Assembly (NCBI GenBank): GCA_051294375.1
Contig: CM119264.1
Location: forward strand, 8,988,764-9,052,763
Origin: Paraspadella gotoi
Taxonomy: Eukaryota > Animalia > Chaetognatha
Length of the DNA stretch: 64,000 nt
Direction of reading: 5' to 3'
The notes below the pieces were generated by a model, which did not search any database, had not been told where the DNA came from, and saw nothing but the letters and a program-made list of their open reading frames with translations. The translations under genes and the position numbers were made by a program. Of this stretch, positions 26,995 through 40,790 are shown piece after piece. The number at the start of each line of letters is the position of its first letter. Positions within the stretch are counted from its first letter, which is position 1.

Positions 26995-29263
26995 TAATTT
27001 GGTAAAAAATTAAATTGGATTTCGACTTAAAAAAACGAAAACTTTTTTGTTTTAGGTTTTTTAACCTTTTGTTTTGGTTTTTTACTGAGAAAAATCATTT
27101 CTCGTTCGGGCGTTTTTATTAGGAGAGACGATTGTTTTTCGCTGCTAAAACTCGAGAGCAGCAGTAAATCATTTGTTTACAGTTGTTACGCTAGATGAAT
27201 ACTTTTGGGTTTCATGATCGCTTAAAGAATAATGTCTTTCTTTCGGTTAAATTCTATTATTTAGTTCATTGGAATCGTTTTCGTTCATACCGAAGCGATG
27301 TCCTCAAAAAGAAAAAAAAATGTCGAAAAAAGTTGGTTAATTTTTTTCAACGATGATTTTACTTTTGTCTTCATTAAATTTACAAAGTAACTCAATTCTT
27401 TAAGAATATCACCGATATTTTCGAAATTTAGGATTAGTAATTTCAAAGTTTTAAAGAAATATGCATGCAGGGATAATTTTCATTGACGTTTAAAATAGAT
27501 TTTTGGTGAATGCCTTTGTAGTCAAAAGCTCTCCGAGGTAAGCCGGTTAAAATAATGAAAAATGTCCGATGTTAAGACCAAGATTTCGCTGTCTCGTCAT
27601 CGCAAAATTTTGTTCGTTTATCTTTTTTTTTGTCGAAATCGAAAAATTCTTCCGAAAATTTTGTTGAATGTAGGAAATTTCTTTATTTNNNNNNNNNNNN
27701 NNNNNNNNNNNNNNNNNNNNNNNNNNNNNNNNNNNNNNNNNNNNNNNNNNNNNNNNNNNNNNNNNNNNNNNNNNNNNNNNNNNNNNNNNNNNNNNNNNNN
27801 NNNNNNNNNNNNNNNNNNNNNNNNNNNNNNNNNNNNNNNNNNNNNNNNNNNNNNNNNNNNNNNNNNNNNNNNNNNNNNNNNNNNNNNNNNNNNNNNNNNN
27901 NNNNNNNNNNNNNNNNNNNNNNNNNNNNNNNCGCCGGCAGACGAAAACGAGAGAGTGCCATTGCTAACCGTTTTGGGCAAAACATAGGGAGGAGGAAGAG
28001 GCGGAGGAGGAGCCGAAGAGGGGAAAGGATGAGGAAGAGGACGATCACGAGGAGGAGGATGAAGAAGAGGATCGGGAGGAAGAGGAGGACGAAAGAGGAG
28101 GAGATGTAAAAAGCTAAGATTCGAGTAGCAAAGGAAAAAAGAGAGCTGCTATGGAGGTGCTTCGCCACATTCATCGCGCGCGCACCATGGCTCGTCTCTC
28201 TCTCTCTCTCTCTCTCTCTCTNNNNNNNNNNNNNNNNNNNNNNNNNNNNNNNNNNNNNNNNNNNNNNNNNNNNNNNNNNNNNNNNNNNNNNNNNNNNNNN
28301 NNNNNNNNNNNNNNNNNNNNNNNNNNNNNNNNNNNNNNNNNNNNNNNNNNNNNNNNNNNNNNNNNNNNNNNNNNNNNNNNNNNNNNNNNNNNNNNNNNNN
28401 NNNNNNNNNNNNNNNNNNNNNNNNNNNNNNNNNNNNNNNNNNNNNNNNNNNNNNNNNNNNNNNNNNNNNNNNNNNNNNNNNNNNNNNNNNNNNNNNNNNN
28501 NNNTTCTACAAAATTAATAATATAGGTGAAAAACTCAATATAAGTGGAAGTATACTGATTGACGATCAAAGATAATCAAATTTAAAAACTGTAGCTCCTA
28601 TAAATTTTCTTATTTTTTTATAAATCGAACACGTAGCACCTGGATATATTGGTATCGATTTACGCCTAAGTATTTTCAAGGTTGGGGCGAAGATTAAATA
28701 TCGCACAAAAAATGGTAGAAAATTGTGGCAAAGGTTATGCGTTCTTTGACTCGATAGTCGAAGACCGTTACTTTTTATTAGCGGCAAAATGTAGCTTATT
28801 TATAAAATGAATGGATAATTTTTATTTCGGTTGTACCAATTTCATAAATTACGTTACGAAACTACTGAAAAGATTAAAATTTAAAATTTATTTGAATTGT
28901 CATCGAGACAAATTTCAGATAATTGGGAAGAAAACATTATCCCTACCCGGCCATAACCCAGCCTTAACGGCATATCAGCCCTTACGAATCTCAGGTCAAG
29001 CCTTGCGGGCCTTACAGGTCGCGAGAATTTAATCCCGCTGGCGAAACGGGACACGAAAAAGTCCAGACGGTCAAAGAAAGAATAAGAAATGGGAGGGGAA
29101 ACTCCGGAGGGTCAAAAATGACCCGGCCGTGAGGAAAAGAAGAAAAAATATGAAAGTGGGCGGGGACTAAAGAGAGAACGGAGATGATGCTCCTTATTGC
29201 AGAGACGTTGAGGGCTGACCGGTCGGTGGGAAGAAGGGCAGAGAGAGAGAGAGAGAGAGAGAG
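26960..29263 (-). repeat. Block M partial inverted copy (contains two sized gaps)
   Basis: Starts at a (GA)n tract and mirrors the right part of block M. N runs at 27689-27931 and 28222-28503. Confidence 0.9.
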
Positions 29264-29290
29264 NNNNNNNNNNNNNNNNNNNNNNNNNAT

Positions 29291-29395
29291 AACTTGTTTT
29301 CGAACTTTCTATCGTCCTTGTTTTTGTTGATTCTGATCCCAAACGCGAATCTTCTGGGACATAAATCTTTGCCTCTCTCTCTCTCTCTCTCTCTC

Positions 29396-29449
<54 letters not shown>

Positions 29450-30406
29450 GCCCTTCTTCCCACCGACCCCGGTCAGCCCTCAACGTCTCTCTCTGCAATA
29501 AGGAGCATCATCTCCGTTCTCTCTTTAGTTCCCCGCCCACTTTCATATTTTTTTTCTTTTTTCCTCACGGGGTCATTTTTGACCCTCCGGAGTTTCCCCT
29601 CCCATTTCTTATTCTTTCTTTGACCGTCTGGACTTTTTCGTGTCCCGTTTCGCCAGCGGGATTAAATTTCTCGCGACCTTGTAAGGCCGCGCAAGGCTTG
29701 ACTGAGATTCGTAAGGGCTGATATGCCGTTTAAAGCTGGGTTATGGCCGGGTAGCGGATAATGTTTTTCTTCCCAATTATCTGAAATTGTTTCGATGACA
29801 ATTCAAATAAATTTTAAATTTTAATCTTTTCAGTAGTTTCGTAACGTAATTTATTGAAATTGGTACAACCGAAAAAAAAATTATCCATTCATTTTATAAA
29901 TAAGCTACATTTTGCCGCGCTAATAAAAGTAACGGTCTTCGACTATCGAGTCAAAGAACGCATAACTGTTGCCACAATTTTCTACCATTTTTGTGCGATT
30001 TTAATCTTCGCCCCAACCTTGAAAATACTTAGGCGTAAATCGATACCAATGTATCCAGGTGCTTCGTGTTCGATTTATAAAAAATAAGAAAATTTATAGG
30101 AGCATAGAGTTTTTAAATTTGATTATCTTTTTTGATCGTCAATCAGTATACTTCCACTTATATTGAGTTTTTCACCTATATTTTAATTTTGTAGAATGTT
30201 ATTTTTATTTAACCCTAAAATAAAAATTCTAGCATTCCCACACATTCCCTCTTAGGATTTTCTTCCAGATTCGCCTCGGGACCAAAATGGTCTTAATTTT
30301 CTCTGAAAAGCTTAGTCCTCAAATAGAAAAAAAAACCGATTCGAAAACCAAAAATACCTGAGGCATCGGCAGGAGCTCTAAAAGGGCGAGACTCGTGTCG
30401 GAGGTG

Positions 30407-30476
<70 letters not shown>

Positions 30477-30777
30477 CGAAGCCATGCGTGCGGCGCGCGA
30501 TGAATGTGGCGAAGCACCTCCATAGCAGCTCTCTTTTTCCTTTGCTACCTCGAATCTTAGCTTTTTACATCTCCTCCTCTTTTCGTCCTCCTCTTCCTCC
30601 CGATCCTCTTCTTCATCCTCCTCCTCGTCGATCGTCCTCTTCCTCATCCTTTCCCTGCTTCGGTTCCTCCTCCGCCTCTTCCTCCTCCCTATGTTTTGCC
30701 CAAAACGGTTAGCAATGGCACTCTCTCGTTTTCGTCTGCCGGCGGATGCGTTGCATGAAAACACACTACTACGCTCG

Positions 30778-30848
<71 letters not shown>

Positions 30849-31630
30849 CTTATTTCGTGACTAACATTTCTAAGAAAAATTCGATTTTTTCCTAGGGTTT
30901 GATGATACTTATTAAATAAAGAAATTTCCTACATTCAACAAAATTTTCGAAGAATTTTCGATTCGACAAAAAAAAAGATAAACGAACAAAATTTTGCGAT
31001 GACGAGACAGCGAATCTTGGTCTTAACATCGGACATTTTTCATTATTTTAACCGGCTTACCTCGGAGAGCTTTTGACTACAAAGGCATTCACCCAAAAAT
31101 CTATTTTAAACGTCAATGAAAATTATCCCTGCATGCATATTCTTTTAAAACTTTGAAATTTACTAATCCTAAATTTCGAAAATATCGGTGATATTCTTAA
31201 AGAATTGAGTTACTTTGTAAATTTAATTGAAGACAAAGTAAAATCATCGTTGAAAAAAATTAACCAACTTTTTTTCGACATTTTTTTTCTTTTTGAGGAC
31301 ATCGCTTCGGTATGAACGAAAACGATTCCAATGAACTAAATAATAGAATTTAACGAAAGAAAGACATTATTCTTTAAGGCGATCATGAAACCCAAAAGTA
31401 TTCATCTAGCGTAACAACTGTAAACAAATGATTTACTGCTGCTCTCGAGTTTTAGCAGCGAAAAACAATCGTCTCTCCTAATAAAACGCCCGAACGAGAA
31501 ATGATTTTTCTCAGTAAAAAACCAAAACAAAAGGTTAAAAAACCTAAAACAAAAAGTTTTCGTTTTTTTAAGTCGAAATCCAAATTTAATTTTTTACCAA
31601 ATTATTTTCTCTCTCTCTCTCTCTCTCTCT

Positions 31631-31691
<61 letters not shown>

Positions 31692-31915
31692 TCTCCGTGT
31701 TTACGTTTCGTCCGAGTTTTCAAAAATTGCCTTATGTCGTTCTATTTGTTTTTTTCGTTTCACTGTCCTTGGCCAAGTCTCTCTCTCTCTCTCTCCCGCT
31801 CTCTGGCGATTTTTACGAGGCTTAGAATCCGCCGTTCCGTTGATGCTGCCCGACCATGGGATTCGCCGGAATTGCCAATTGCGAGGATGTCGATTGTGAC
31901 GATGAATCATCGCGA

Positions 31916-31980
<65 letters not shown>
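29291..31980 (+). repeat. Block M partial direct copy (equivalent to 15399-18090)
   Basis: Near-identical to 24433-26959, then continues through the (CT)n tract into inverted block U. Confidence 0.9.
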
Positions 31981-31988
<8 letters not shown>

Positions 31989-31989
<1 letters not shown>

Positions 31990-33553
31990 CTTCTCCACTC
32001 TCACTCTCTCCCTCATCGCGCTCGTGAGAAATCAATGTGACGTTGGTTGGCCAAAAGAGATTCTTCCATCTGCAAGAATTCAACGCTATTTGCTGTTCAT
32101 TGGAGGCGTTGGTTTCCATCTGGAATCGAATGTGAGGGAGGAGGCTACGACTCCTCGTAGGAGTCCAGGGAACCCATTTTATTTTTATTAGTATCTTTGT
32201 TTTCAGCTGTCAGTTTCTATATAATCACATTTCTGACTTTTTTAAGTATTTTAAAAGTATATGTATAGTAATTATGTATGGAACGGCTGGTTTTAAATTG
32301 TTTCTTGTTTTTTTTTTTATTTGTTTTGAGTAGGAATGTTTTTTTTTAGACTGGTTGGAGAAGATCGGAACCTTTTTAAACTTTTTACTTTTCCCACATT
32401 CTTCGTTCGAGTTCAATGCCATTTCTATCGAGACGAGGTCGATTCTCAGAGAACAGTGAAAAATGTATTTGTCGTGCCAAAAAATTTTTTACGCTTTTGA
32501 TAATTTTTTTTCAGTTTTTTTGTGTGACTTCATGAAGCCAACACCATATGTTTCACATCCTCATCGAAAATTACTCACCATCATGATAACCTGACGGAAA
32601 AAAAAATCTAAATTTATTTATTAAAAACAAAAAAACATTCAAGAAAAACTCAAATCATCCCACAAATTATATTTCAATATAATCAACGACCACAAAAAAG
32701 CCAAAAATTAATAATAATTAAAAAAACAACGCAAATAAAAGAGCAACGCTTCTCCAGGAAATTTCGCTTTTCTCTTTAGTCTTACCCTCGACGCCCTTCT
32801 CTACTTTTACTTTTTTAAACGGCAATTCCGAATAACACTACTTTAACTCCGTAAATTTTAAAAAATTAAAGCTAATATTCAACACGTAGGATATCAGGAT
32901 ATCTGTGAAAAAAATGGAAACAAAAAAGACGAATCTTTCTTCGTGAAAAAAAAGGGAAGAGAGATGCCGACTTGGAATATGATGACGACGAAAACGACGA
33001 CGACGACGACGACGACGACGATTTCGCGAAAAACGTGAATCACTCACCGAATTCGTGTGGCCGAGAAAATCGGCTCCCCCCTCAACGAAACGGCGCGGCG
33101 GAGTCACACCGGCGTCTTCCGTCCGGCGCCGAGAGGTCATTAGGAAAGCAAAGCGAACGACAACGACGATGAAAACGACGATGACGACGCACGACGACGC
33201 GGCGTGGAAACGCAGTGACGACCGGAACCGGCGTCGATGTCGGCGCCGGAAAACAAAATCGAAATCTGCTTGGAATTTTGGTGGGAATTTCCCTTTTCGC
33301 CACCTGCAACCGACGTCACTCATCACGCATCTCACGGTCACAGCAGGTGCAAAGTTTAATAGTGGTCACTTTATTTATTTATTTCCTATTTTTTAGAGAT
33401 TAGGTAATGAGTATTTATTTCACAACTACTAATATATTGTTAACTATATTTTGAGCTGAGGTTTTTTTTGTGAGAAATTAATTTCTTTTCTCTTTTTTTT
33501 TGTTATCATATTTTTAATTTTTTTTTTTAATAGCCTCATTAATATTCAGGCTT
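31989..33553 (-). repeat. Inverted copy of block U (10649-12222)
   Basis: Reverse-complement match throughout. Confidence 0.92.
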
Positions 33554-36371
33554 TACAGTTACTTCATTTCAAAGCTGCGGAAGATGAAAGGGTTGGTGAG
33601 AACAAAAATGAATAAATTAAAATTGACATAAAACTATCAAAATAATAAAAGGAACCTTGGTTGTCGAGTAAATTATTAAACCTACCAACTGGCATCCTTT
33701 AAAAAATTCATTCGCAATCTCGGAGTTGATATACCGAATATTTCGGTCCCTGGTCGACGCTGGTTCGTCTTTCATCGAAGAATGAGNNNNNNNNNNGCAT
33801 CGTAATGATTTCCGCAGATCCTTTCCTCGACGCAACATCAACACAGATCGTCCGAAAAGGTCGATGTCACTCGTGGAAAAACAAAAAAAGAAAAAGACTA
33901 TAACTGCCTCTCTTTTCCCTTCCTATCTCCTCCTTTCATACCCCGTTTCTCCTCCCCGTTTCTCCTCCCCGTTCCTCGACCCCTTGAAAAAACAGGGACG
34001 GAGAAGATTAAATAGAGACTTTGGACTGTTTTGACTCGATGGAAAAAAAAAAGTAAATGTGGGGGAAAAGAAAACACGAAGTCGAGAGTTAACCTGGTGC
34101 GTCTCCCGTTTAGAGTTTGGGACTGAGTGGCTGAGAGAATCTTTTCGAAGAACTTTACAATTGACGACTTGATCGTTTGATTTCCAGACGACTTGGTGTT
34201 TCGGGGATTTTTATCCCAATGGGATGTTTGTTTAAAGTTAAAAAAAAAATTCTCTGTAATCCATTAATAAACGGATACATCTTGCTGAATCCAACCCTAC
34301 AAAAAAGTTTTTACTAAGATGTAATAAGTATAATCATTTTCACCTACTAACAGTTATTATCATGGAGTCGATATTCTAAGAGTTATCCGAACTGTTTTCC
34401 ATCTCACGAAAACTGCCACAACATCGACTAAATTAACGGTTACAACGAAAACAGTCGGACGGCGAAAAAAATCTTCTGCTGTCCCAACGAGACGAGAACG
34501 GGATCTTCCTTTCGGTCACGGAATCCGGGAGAGAAAAAAAGGGGAGGGGGAAGAGGGGAAGAGGGGAGGGGGAAGATGACGATGGTGGTGGAGGTGGAGA
34601 GGAAGAAGAGAAAGAGGAGCGTAAGGTGGAAGAAGGAGGTCAGAAGATTTGAGGCGCAGGAAGAAGGGAGGTTAAAGTGAGAAGGAGTTGGAATAGATTA
34701 TGGAACAGAGATTTCAAAACGACAGTAAAGACTCTCTCGGCCCGAAGGAAACGAGGGGATTTAGACACGGAACGATGATGGCAACGGCAATGGCAGCGTC
34801 AATGGCAATGGAGAAAGGGTAAGGGCGGAGAGATGGTGGAAAGGCCATAAACTGGCCTCGAAATATATGGTAAGTCCCTAATCGAGAAGCTGCTTCGACT
34901 TACCCTGCCCTCCTCGCTCTCCTTCCTCTCTCTGCCTTCGAAAGGAGGACGGATAAAGCGCGAGCGACGCTGACCGACGATTTCCGGTCTCATGGTACCG
35001 AAGGTGGAACCAAAGATGGAATCAAAAATTGTTCGAAAATGGAACTAAAAATAGACCCGAAAAGTCGGTTCCCCGATTTAAAAAGTCGAGCGAAGTCTTT
35101 CGTCTTCCGACGCGAGGACGTCGTCGACGACGACGATGACGATGACGATGACGACCACGACAAACAAAGCGACGTCAAAGACGACGATGATGATGAAAAC
35201 GTCGACGACGACGACGACGTCGACAGAATTTCGGGTCATATTTGGGTCGATAATTTTTCCCGAAAAAAAATGCGCGAAAAATGAGCGCCTTGGGTCCTGG
35301 ACTCGACAATGGGATCGGAGATGGGAGGACGCCTCCATGAATGACTGGGACGACGACGACGACAACAACGACGACGACGACGACGCCTGGTCGACGTCGA
35401 TAAGAGCGACTTGGCTCATAAATTTATGTCTCGCGAATAAAGTTGGTTGATAAAGTTGGCTATTGGATTATCGAGGACAAAAGCCGCGACAACAAGTCAA
35501 CAACGATGACAACAACAATGGGGACGACATTGGCTTTAACGTAAAATATAAAATTCGACGTCGATGACAATGAAGTCAATAACCACAACAACAACAGCCC
35601 ATCGAAAATTCATGAAACTTTGATGTCACAGAATTTCAGAAAATGATGAGAAATTTGATTTTCCTCTCTTACCAAAAAAAAACAAACGATCGGGTTTCCA
35701 GAATTTCAAAAGATACAGGATATAAATTATATATGTACGATGAAAAGATAAAATAAAATATGAAAAATTGACATAAAAGAGATTCTCCTTTCGATGACGA
35801 CGACGAAACCTATAACATAAACGAGGACCCTGACAACTAGGGATATTACAATCCGCCAGCGACTGTAAACACGACGGAAACAAAGTTGTTTGCGCTGAGA
35901 ATTCTTGAGGATCCGAGGTTATTGATCGAAATATCGAGCGAGCACCACGTGTGCAATAGCGTGAGTGCACCATAAAGTGCGTGCACCATGAAGCGCGTTC
36001 AGTATGAATCACGTTCACCATGAATCGCGGAAAATGAGAATGAGGCTCCGACCTGATCCGGGTTTAACGAACTTCGGTCTATCGATTTTTTTCTGTGGTT
36101 GGCAATGAGTAGAATCGTCTCGGGGAGAGTTACAATCGGCCACTCTCATGTGGAACACTTATTCTGTGCTTGTCTGTATGACGAATACCCTTTACTACGG
36201 AAAAAAAATTTAAAAAATGTGGAGGAATCAATGATAAATGGATTTTTATTACAAGGACATTTATTCATTTTTTTCTCGTGTCACCAGAGAAATCGGAAGA
36301 TGGAAGCGAACGACAGTTGAAGGATTTAAAAAAGGATTTATCTTGTCAAAGCAAGCAGGAAAAAGTAGAGT

Positions 36372-36451
<80 letters not shown>

Positions 36452-36599
36452 TTAGAAGAAGAGGCGCGACTTGAGATGAATACAAATTCTTTAAGATGGT
36501 CTAAAGGCAGAGACAGAGAGGGGCGTGGTAAAGAAGAGAGAGATAGAGTGAAGAAAAAGAGAGAGAGAGAAAGAGAGAAGAGAGCATTGTAAGAAAGGA
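33554..36599 (-). repeat. Block M partial inverted copy (equivalent to 15404 down to ~12270)
   Basis: Begins ACAGTTACTTCATTTCAAAGC, the reverse complement of 15384-15404. Confidence 0.9.
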
Positions 36600-37231
36600 N
36601 NNNNNNNNNNNNNNNNNNNNNNNNNNNNNNNNNNNNNNNNNNNNNNNNNNNNNNNNNNNNNNNNNNNNNNNNNNNNNNNNNNNNNNNNNNNNNNNNNNNN
36701 NNNNNNNNNNNNNNNNNNNNNNNNNNNNNNNNNNNNNNNNNNNNNNNNNNNNNNNNNNNNNNNNNNNNNNNNNNNNNNNNNNNNNNNNNNNNNNNNAGTG
36801 GTGGTAGAGACTAGAGAGAGTAAAAAAGGAAGAAAACTACTTTCAAAGTTTTTCTCAGTGAAATTTTNNNNNNNNNNTCGGGTGAGGTATCTATTTCTAG
36901 GAAAAAAACATTTGAAAGTCATTTTGAGATTGGGGTACGATATAAACAAAGTCTAGTTGCTTTCAAAACATTATGTATAAATATAATCCTAAAATAGTTT
37001 AAATTTCACAGCTTTTAAAACCCTTTTAAAATTAATTCATTCAGCACTTCACACTCGCGTCTCCTCGCGGCCTCGACTCTGATTTCGCGGTCGGAAAAAA
37101 AATGGGAGAAACAAATGGCGCAAGAAACTGAGATGATGCGAAAGATGGCGCAAGAAATGAGGCGAAAGATGGCATCGAGTCTGCGTGCAAGATGTTGGCA
37201 AGAAAANNNNNNNNNNNNNNNNNNNNNNNNN

Positions 37232-37232
37232 G

Positions 37233-37296
<64 letters not shown>

Positions 37297-37846
37297 CTCT
37301 TCTTTTGTTTTTTTTCTCTTCGTCCATTTTGGTGTCCTGCCTTCTCTTCAACGCCTAGGTGGCGCTTCCTGATCGCCACGCCGCAGACGGTCGAGTTTTC
37401 TTGCCAACATCTTGCAACGCAGACTCGATGCCATCTTTCGCCTCATTTCTGCGCCATCTTTCGCATCATCTAGTTTCTGCGCCATTTGGTTCTCCTCCCA
37501 TTTTTTTTTCCGACGCGCGAAATCAGAGTCAGAGGCAGCGAGGAGACGCGAGTGTGAAGTGCTGAATGATTAATTTTAAAAGGGTTTTAAAAAGCTGTGA
37601 AATTTAAACTATTTTAGGATTATATTAATAATATATGTTTTGAAAGCAACTGACTTTGTTAATCGTACCCCAATCTCAAACTTGACTTTCAAAATGTTTT
37701 TTTTCCTAGAAACCATTTTCTTTATCCTTTTAAATTTCCCTGAGAAAAACTGAAAGTAGTTTTCTCCTTTTTTACTCTCTCTAGTCTCTTCCACCACTTC
37801 AATGCCTTCAATAAAAATCCCGTTTCCAATTCCTCTCGTCATTCCA

Positions 37847-37881
<35 letters not shown>

Positions 37882-38149
37882 TTCTCTCTCTCTCTTCTCT
37901 CTCTCTCTCTCTCTCTCTCTTCTTTCTCTCTCTCTTTAAACCCCATCCCCTTTTCACGACTCCCTCTTTGTCGCTTTGCCAAACCACTTTCTTTCTCTTC
38001 TTTCTTACAATGCTCTCTTCTCTCTTTCCTCTCTCTTTTTCTTCACTCTATCTCTCTCTTCTTTACCACGCCCCTCTCTGTCTCTGCCTTTAGACCATCT
38101 TAAAGAATTGTATTCATCTCAAGTCGCGCCTCTTCTTTCTAATCCCTCT

Positions 38150-38214
<65 letters not shown>

Positions 38215-38981
38215 TCTCTCACTCTACTATTTTTCCTGCTTGCTTTGACAAGATAAATCCTTTTTTAATCCTTTCAACTGTCGTTCGCTTCCATCTTCCG
38301 ATTTCTCTGGTGACACGAGAAAAAAATGATAAATGTCCTTGTAATAAAAATCCATTTATCATTGATTCCCTCCACATTTTTTTAAATTTTTTTCCCGTAG
38401 TAAAGGGTATTCGTCATACAGACAAGCACAGAATAAGTGTTCCACATGAGAGTGCCGAATTGTACCTCCCGAGACGATCTACTTCATTGCCACCACAGAA
38501 AAAATCGATAAGACCGAAGTTCGTTAAACCCGGATCAGGTCGGACCTCATTCTCATTTTTCCGCGATTCATGGTGAACGTGATTCATACTGAACGGCTTC
38601 ATGGCTGCACGCACTTATGGTGCACTCACGCTATTGCCACACGTGGTGCTCGCTCGATATTTCGATCAATAACCTCGATCCTCAAGATTCTCAGGCGCAA
38701 ACGATTTTGTTTCCGTCGTGTTTACAGTCGCTGGCGGATTGTAATATCCCTGGAAGATTTGTCGTCGTTGTTGTCGTCAGGGGCTTTTATGTTAGTTTCG
38801 TCGTCGTCATCGAAAGGAGAATCTCTCTTATGTCATCTTCATTTTTCATATTTTATTTTAATTTTTCCATCGTACATATATAATTATATGTCTGTATCTT
38901 TTGGAAATTCTGGAACCCCATCGGTTTTTTATCGAGCCATGAACGGCGAAGCCGGTTCAGGCTCTAATAATGTTTTAGGTT
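37232..38981 (+). repeat. 1.75 kb segment duplicated directly at 51232-52988 (partly inverted at 36797-37206)
   Basis: The right ~1.27 kb appears letter-identical between the two copies. Both end in ...TAATAATGTTTTAGGTTG. Confidence 0.92.
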
Positions 38982-39841
38982 GTCTCTCTCTCTCTCTCTC
39001 TCTCGTTGAGAAACAAACGAATCTGAAAACGTCGTAACTTTAAGGAAAGAGTTTTACGATTTCTGCTCAGGTCATTCCTTTTTATTTCTTTTTTTCTTTT
39101 TTTTTCTTTTTCTATTCTTTTTTTTCTTTTTAACTTTTTATATTAGCTTTATATCTATTTTCATCTTTTGTTTTTAATTTTGTTTGTTTGGTTTGTTTCT
39201 TAGTTTTTCACGCGTAGTTTTCTTTATATTGTTTAATTTTGTTTTACAAAAAACAATATAAAATACAATAGCATCAAATAAACATAGTAATAAAAATACA
39301 AGTTGCATTGCACCGCCCTTTGTGTTTTCAGTTGAGTAAAATTACCAATCAAGTTATTAATCTAAAATTAAAAAAAAAACAATAGAATGAAAATAAGCCA
39401 GACATCTCGGCTTCTGTTTGGAGAAAAAAAATCAATAACGAGTAATTTACTGAGTTAACAACGTGGAACGAGCAATTCTACGACAATGGCGACTCTGGCC
39501 GAAAAATAAAAACCGGAAAGAAATAAAAACAAAAACAACAACAAAAACTCTTGACTAGCGATTAATACATAAATTAAGATAAGTTTTGCTTCTCAAAAAC
39601 TTTATAATTTCTACTAAGCAGTCTTGTTTTAGATACATAGTCTCTAAGAGTGCATATCAATAGTTTATATATTGTATTACTACAAAAGTTTCGAGTATAC
39701 GGAAGATTTTCGATGAAAAAGACCACCGATTGGGTCAGATATTCGATCCAAACATTGAAAGAACAACAACAACAACAACGTCGACAGAGATTATATCGAA
39801 TTCCCTCTCAAGCGGCAAACTCACTTATCTTTTAACTCTCC

Positions 39842-39876
<35 letters not shown>

Positions 39877-39961
39877 TTTCGCTCTCAATTAATTTTTCTG
39901 AATGAAAATGAAGGAATGATAAGCGACGCCCGGTTATCTTTTTTCATGGATAAGAGTGAGA

Positions 39962-40007
<46 letters not shown>

Positions 40008-40736
40008 GAAGAGAAAGGAGGCGCGAATATTTCTCATATCAATCACAAAGTCGGGACATAATGCGGAGTCTTAATGGCGCAAGTGATCATCTCATCGTCT
40101 GAGAGGCGACGGACCGAGGGTGGGACCTGGGAGGGTGGGGAAAGAGGTGGTGAAGCAAGCAGCGATGGGGGAAGGGGAGGTGGAGCGAGCCGACCAAAGA
40201 TGAGAGCAGGGATGGGGAAAGAAGCGGTTGAGCTTTGTAGGTGGGTAAAGGGGCAGTTGAGTCGGGATTTGGCGAGGACAGAGGTGCGGAAAGTGATGCT
40301 GCAGCATGGGTTGGTGGAGTAAAGAAGTTAGGTAAGCCTCAGCGAGTGAGGTTGAAAAATGTTTAGTCGGTCACTCGAGTTTTGCGTTAAGAGACCAAAT
40401 TAGAGAGAGAAAACAAAAACGGAAAAACGCGAGTCCGTTCTCTTTCATAAAAAGAAAAATGAGGGCAAAAAATGACGCGGAAAAAAAAGTTAAAAAAAAA
40501 AAAAAGATTAAAGTTGCATACACACTTAGTGAACTAATTAACTAATAAATTCAAAACTGACGAAGAAAGAGGAGAGTAAATTAACGGTAGGTTTCGAACG
40601 GTAAAAACGGAAGAGAAAGAAACGGAAAAAAAAAATAAAAGGAAAACAGAAAAGGATGAAAAATAGAGGTTATAAAAACACGAGAACATAAAACGAAAGA
40701 AAGAATAATAAAACGAGAAGAAAGAAGGAAATCAAT

Positions 40737-40790
<54 letters not shown>

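Noticed and set aside
27562-28569. Long ORFs spanning N runs
   Set aside because: Artefacts of translating assembly gaps.
12248-36599. Block M as a large autonomous transposon or LTR element
   Set aside because: No transposase, RT or integrase motifs, no TIRs, LTRs or TSDs. Copy ends fall on gaps or microsatellites.
38414-38614. IDFFCGG resembling DNA cytosine methyltransferase motif I
   Set aside because: No motif IV (PCQ) or VI (ENV) follows, and the frame breaks in other copies; likely chance.
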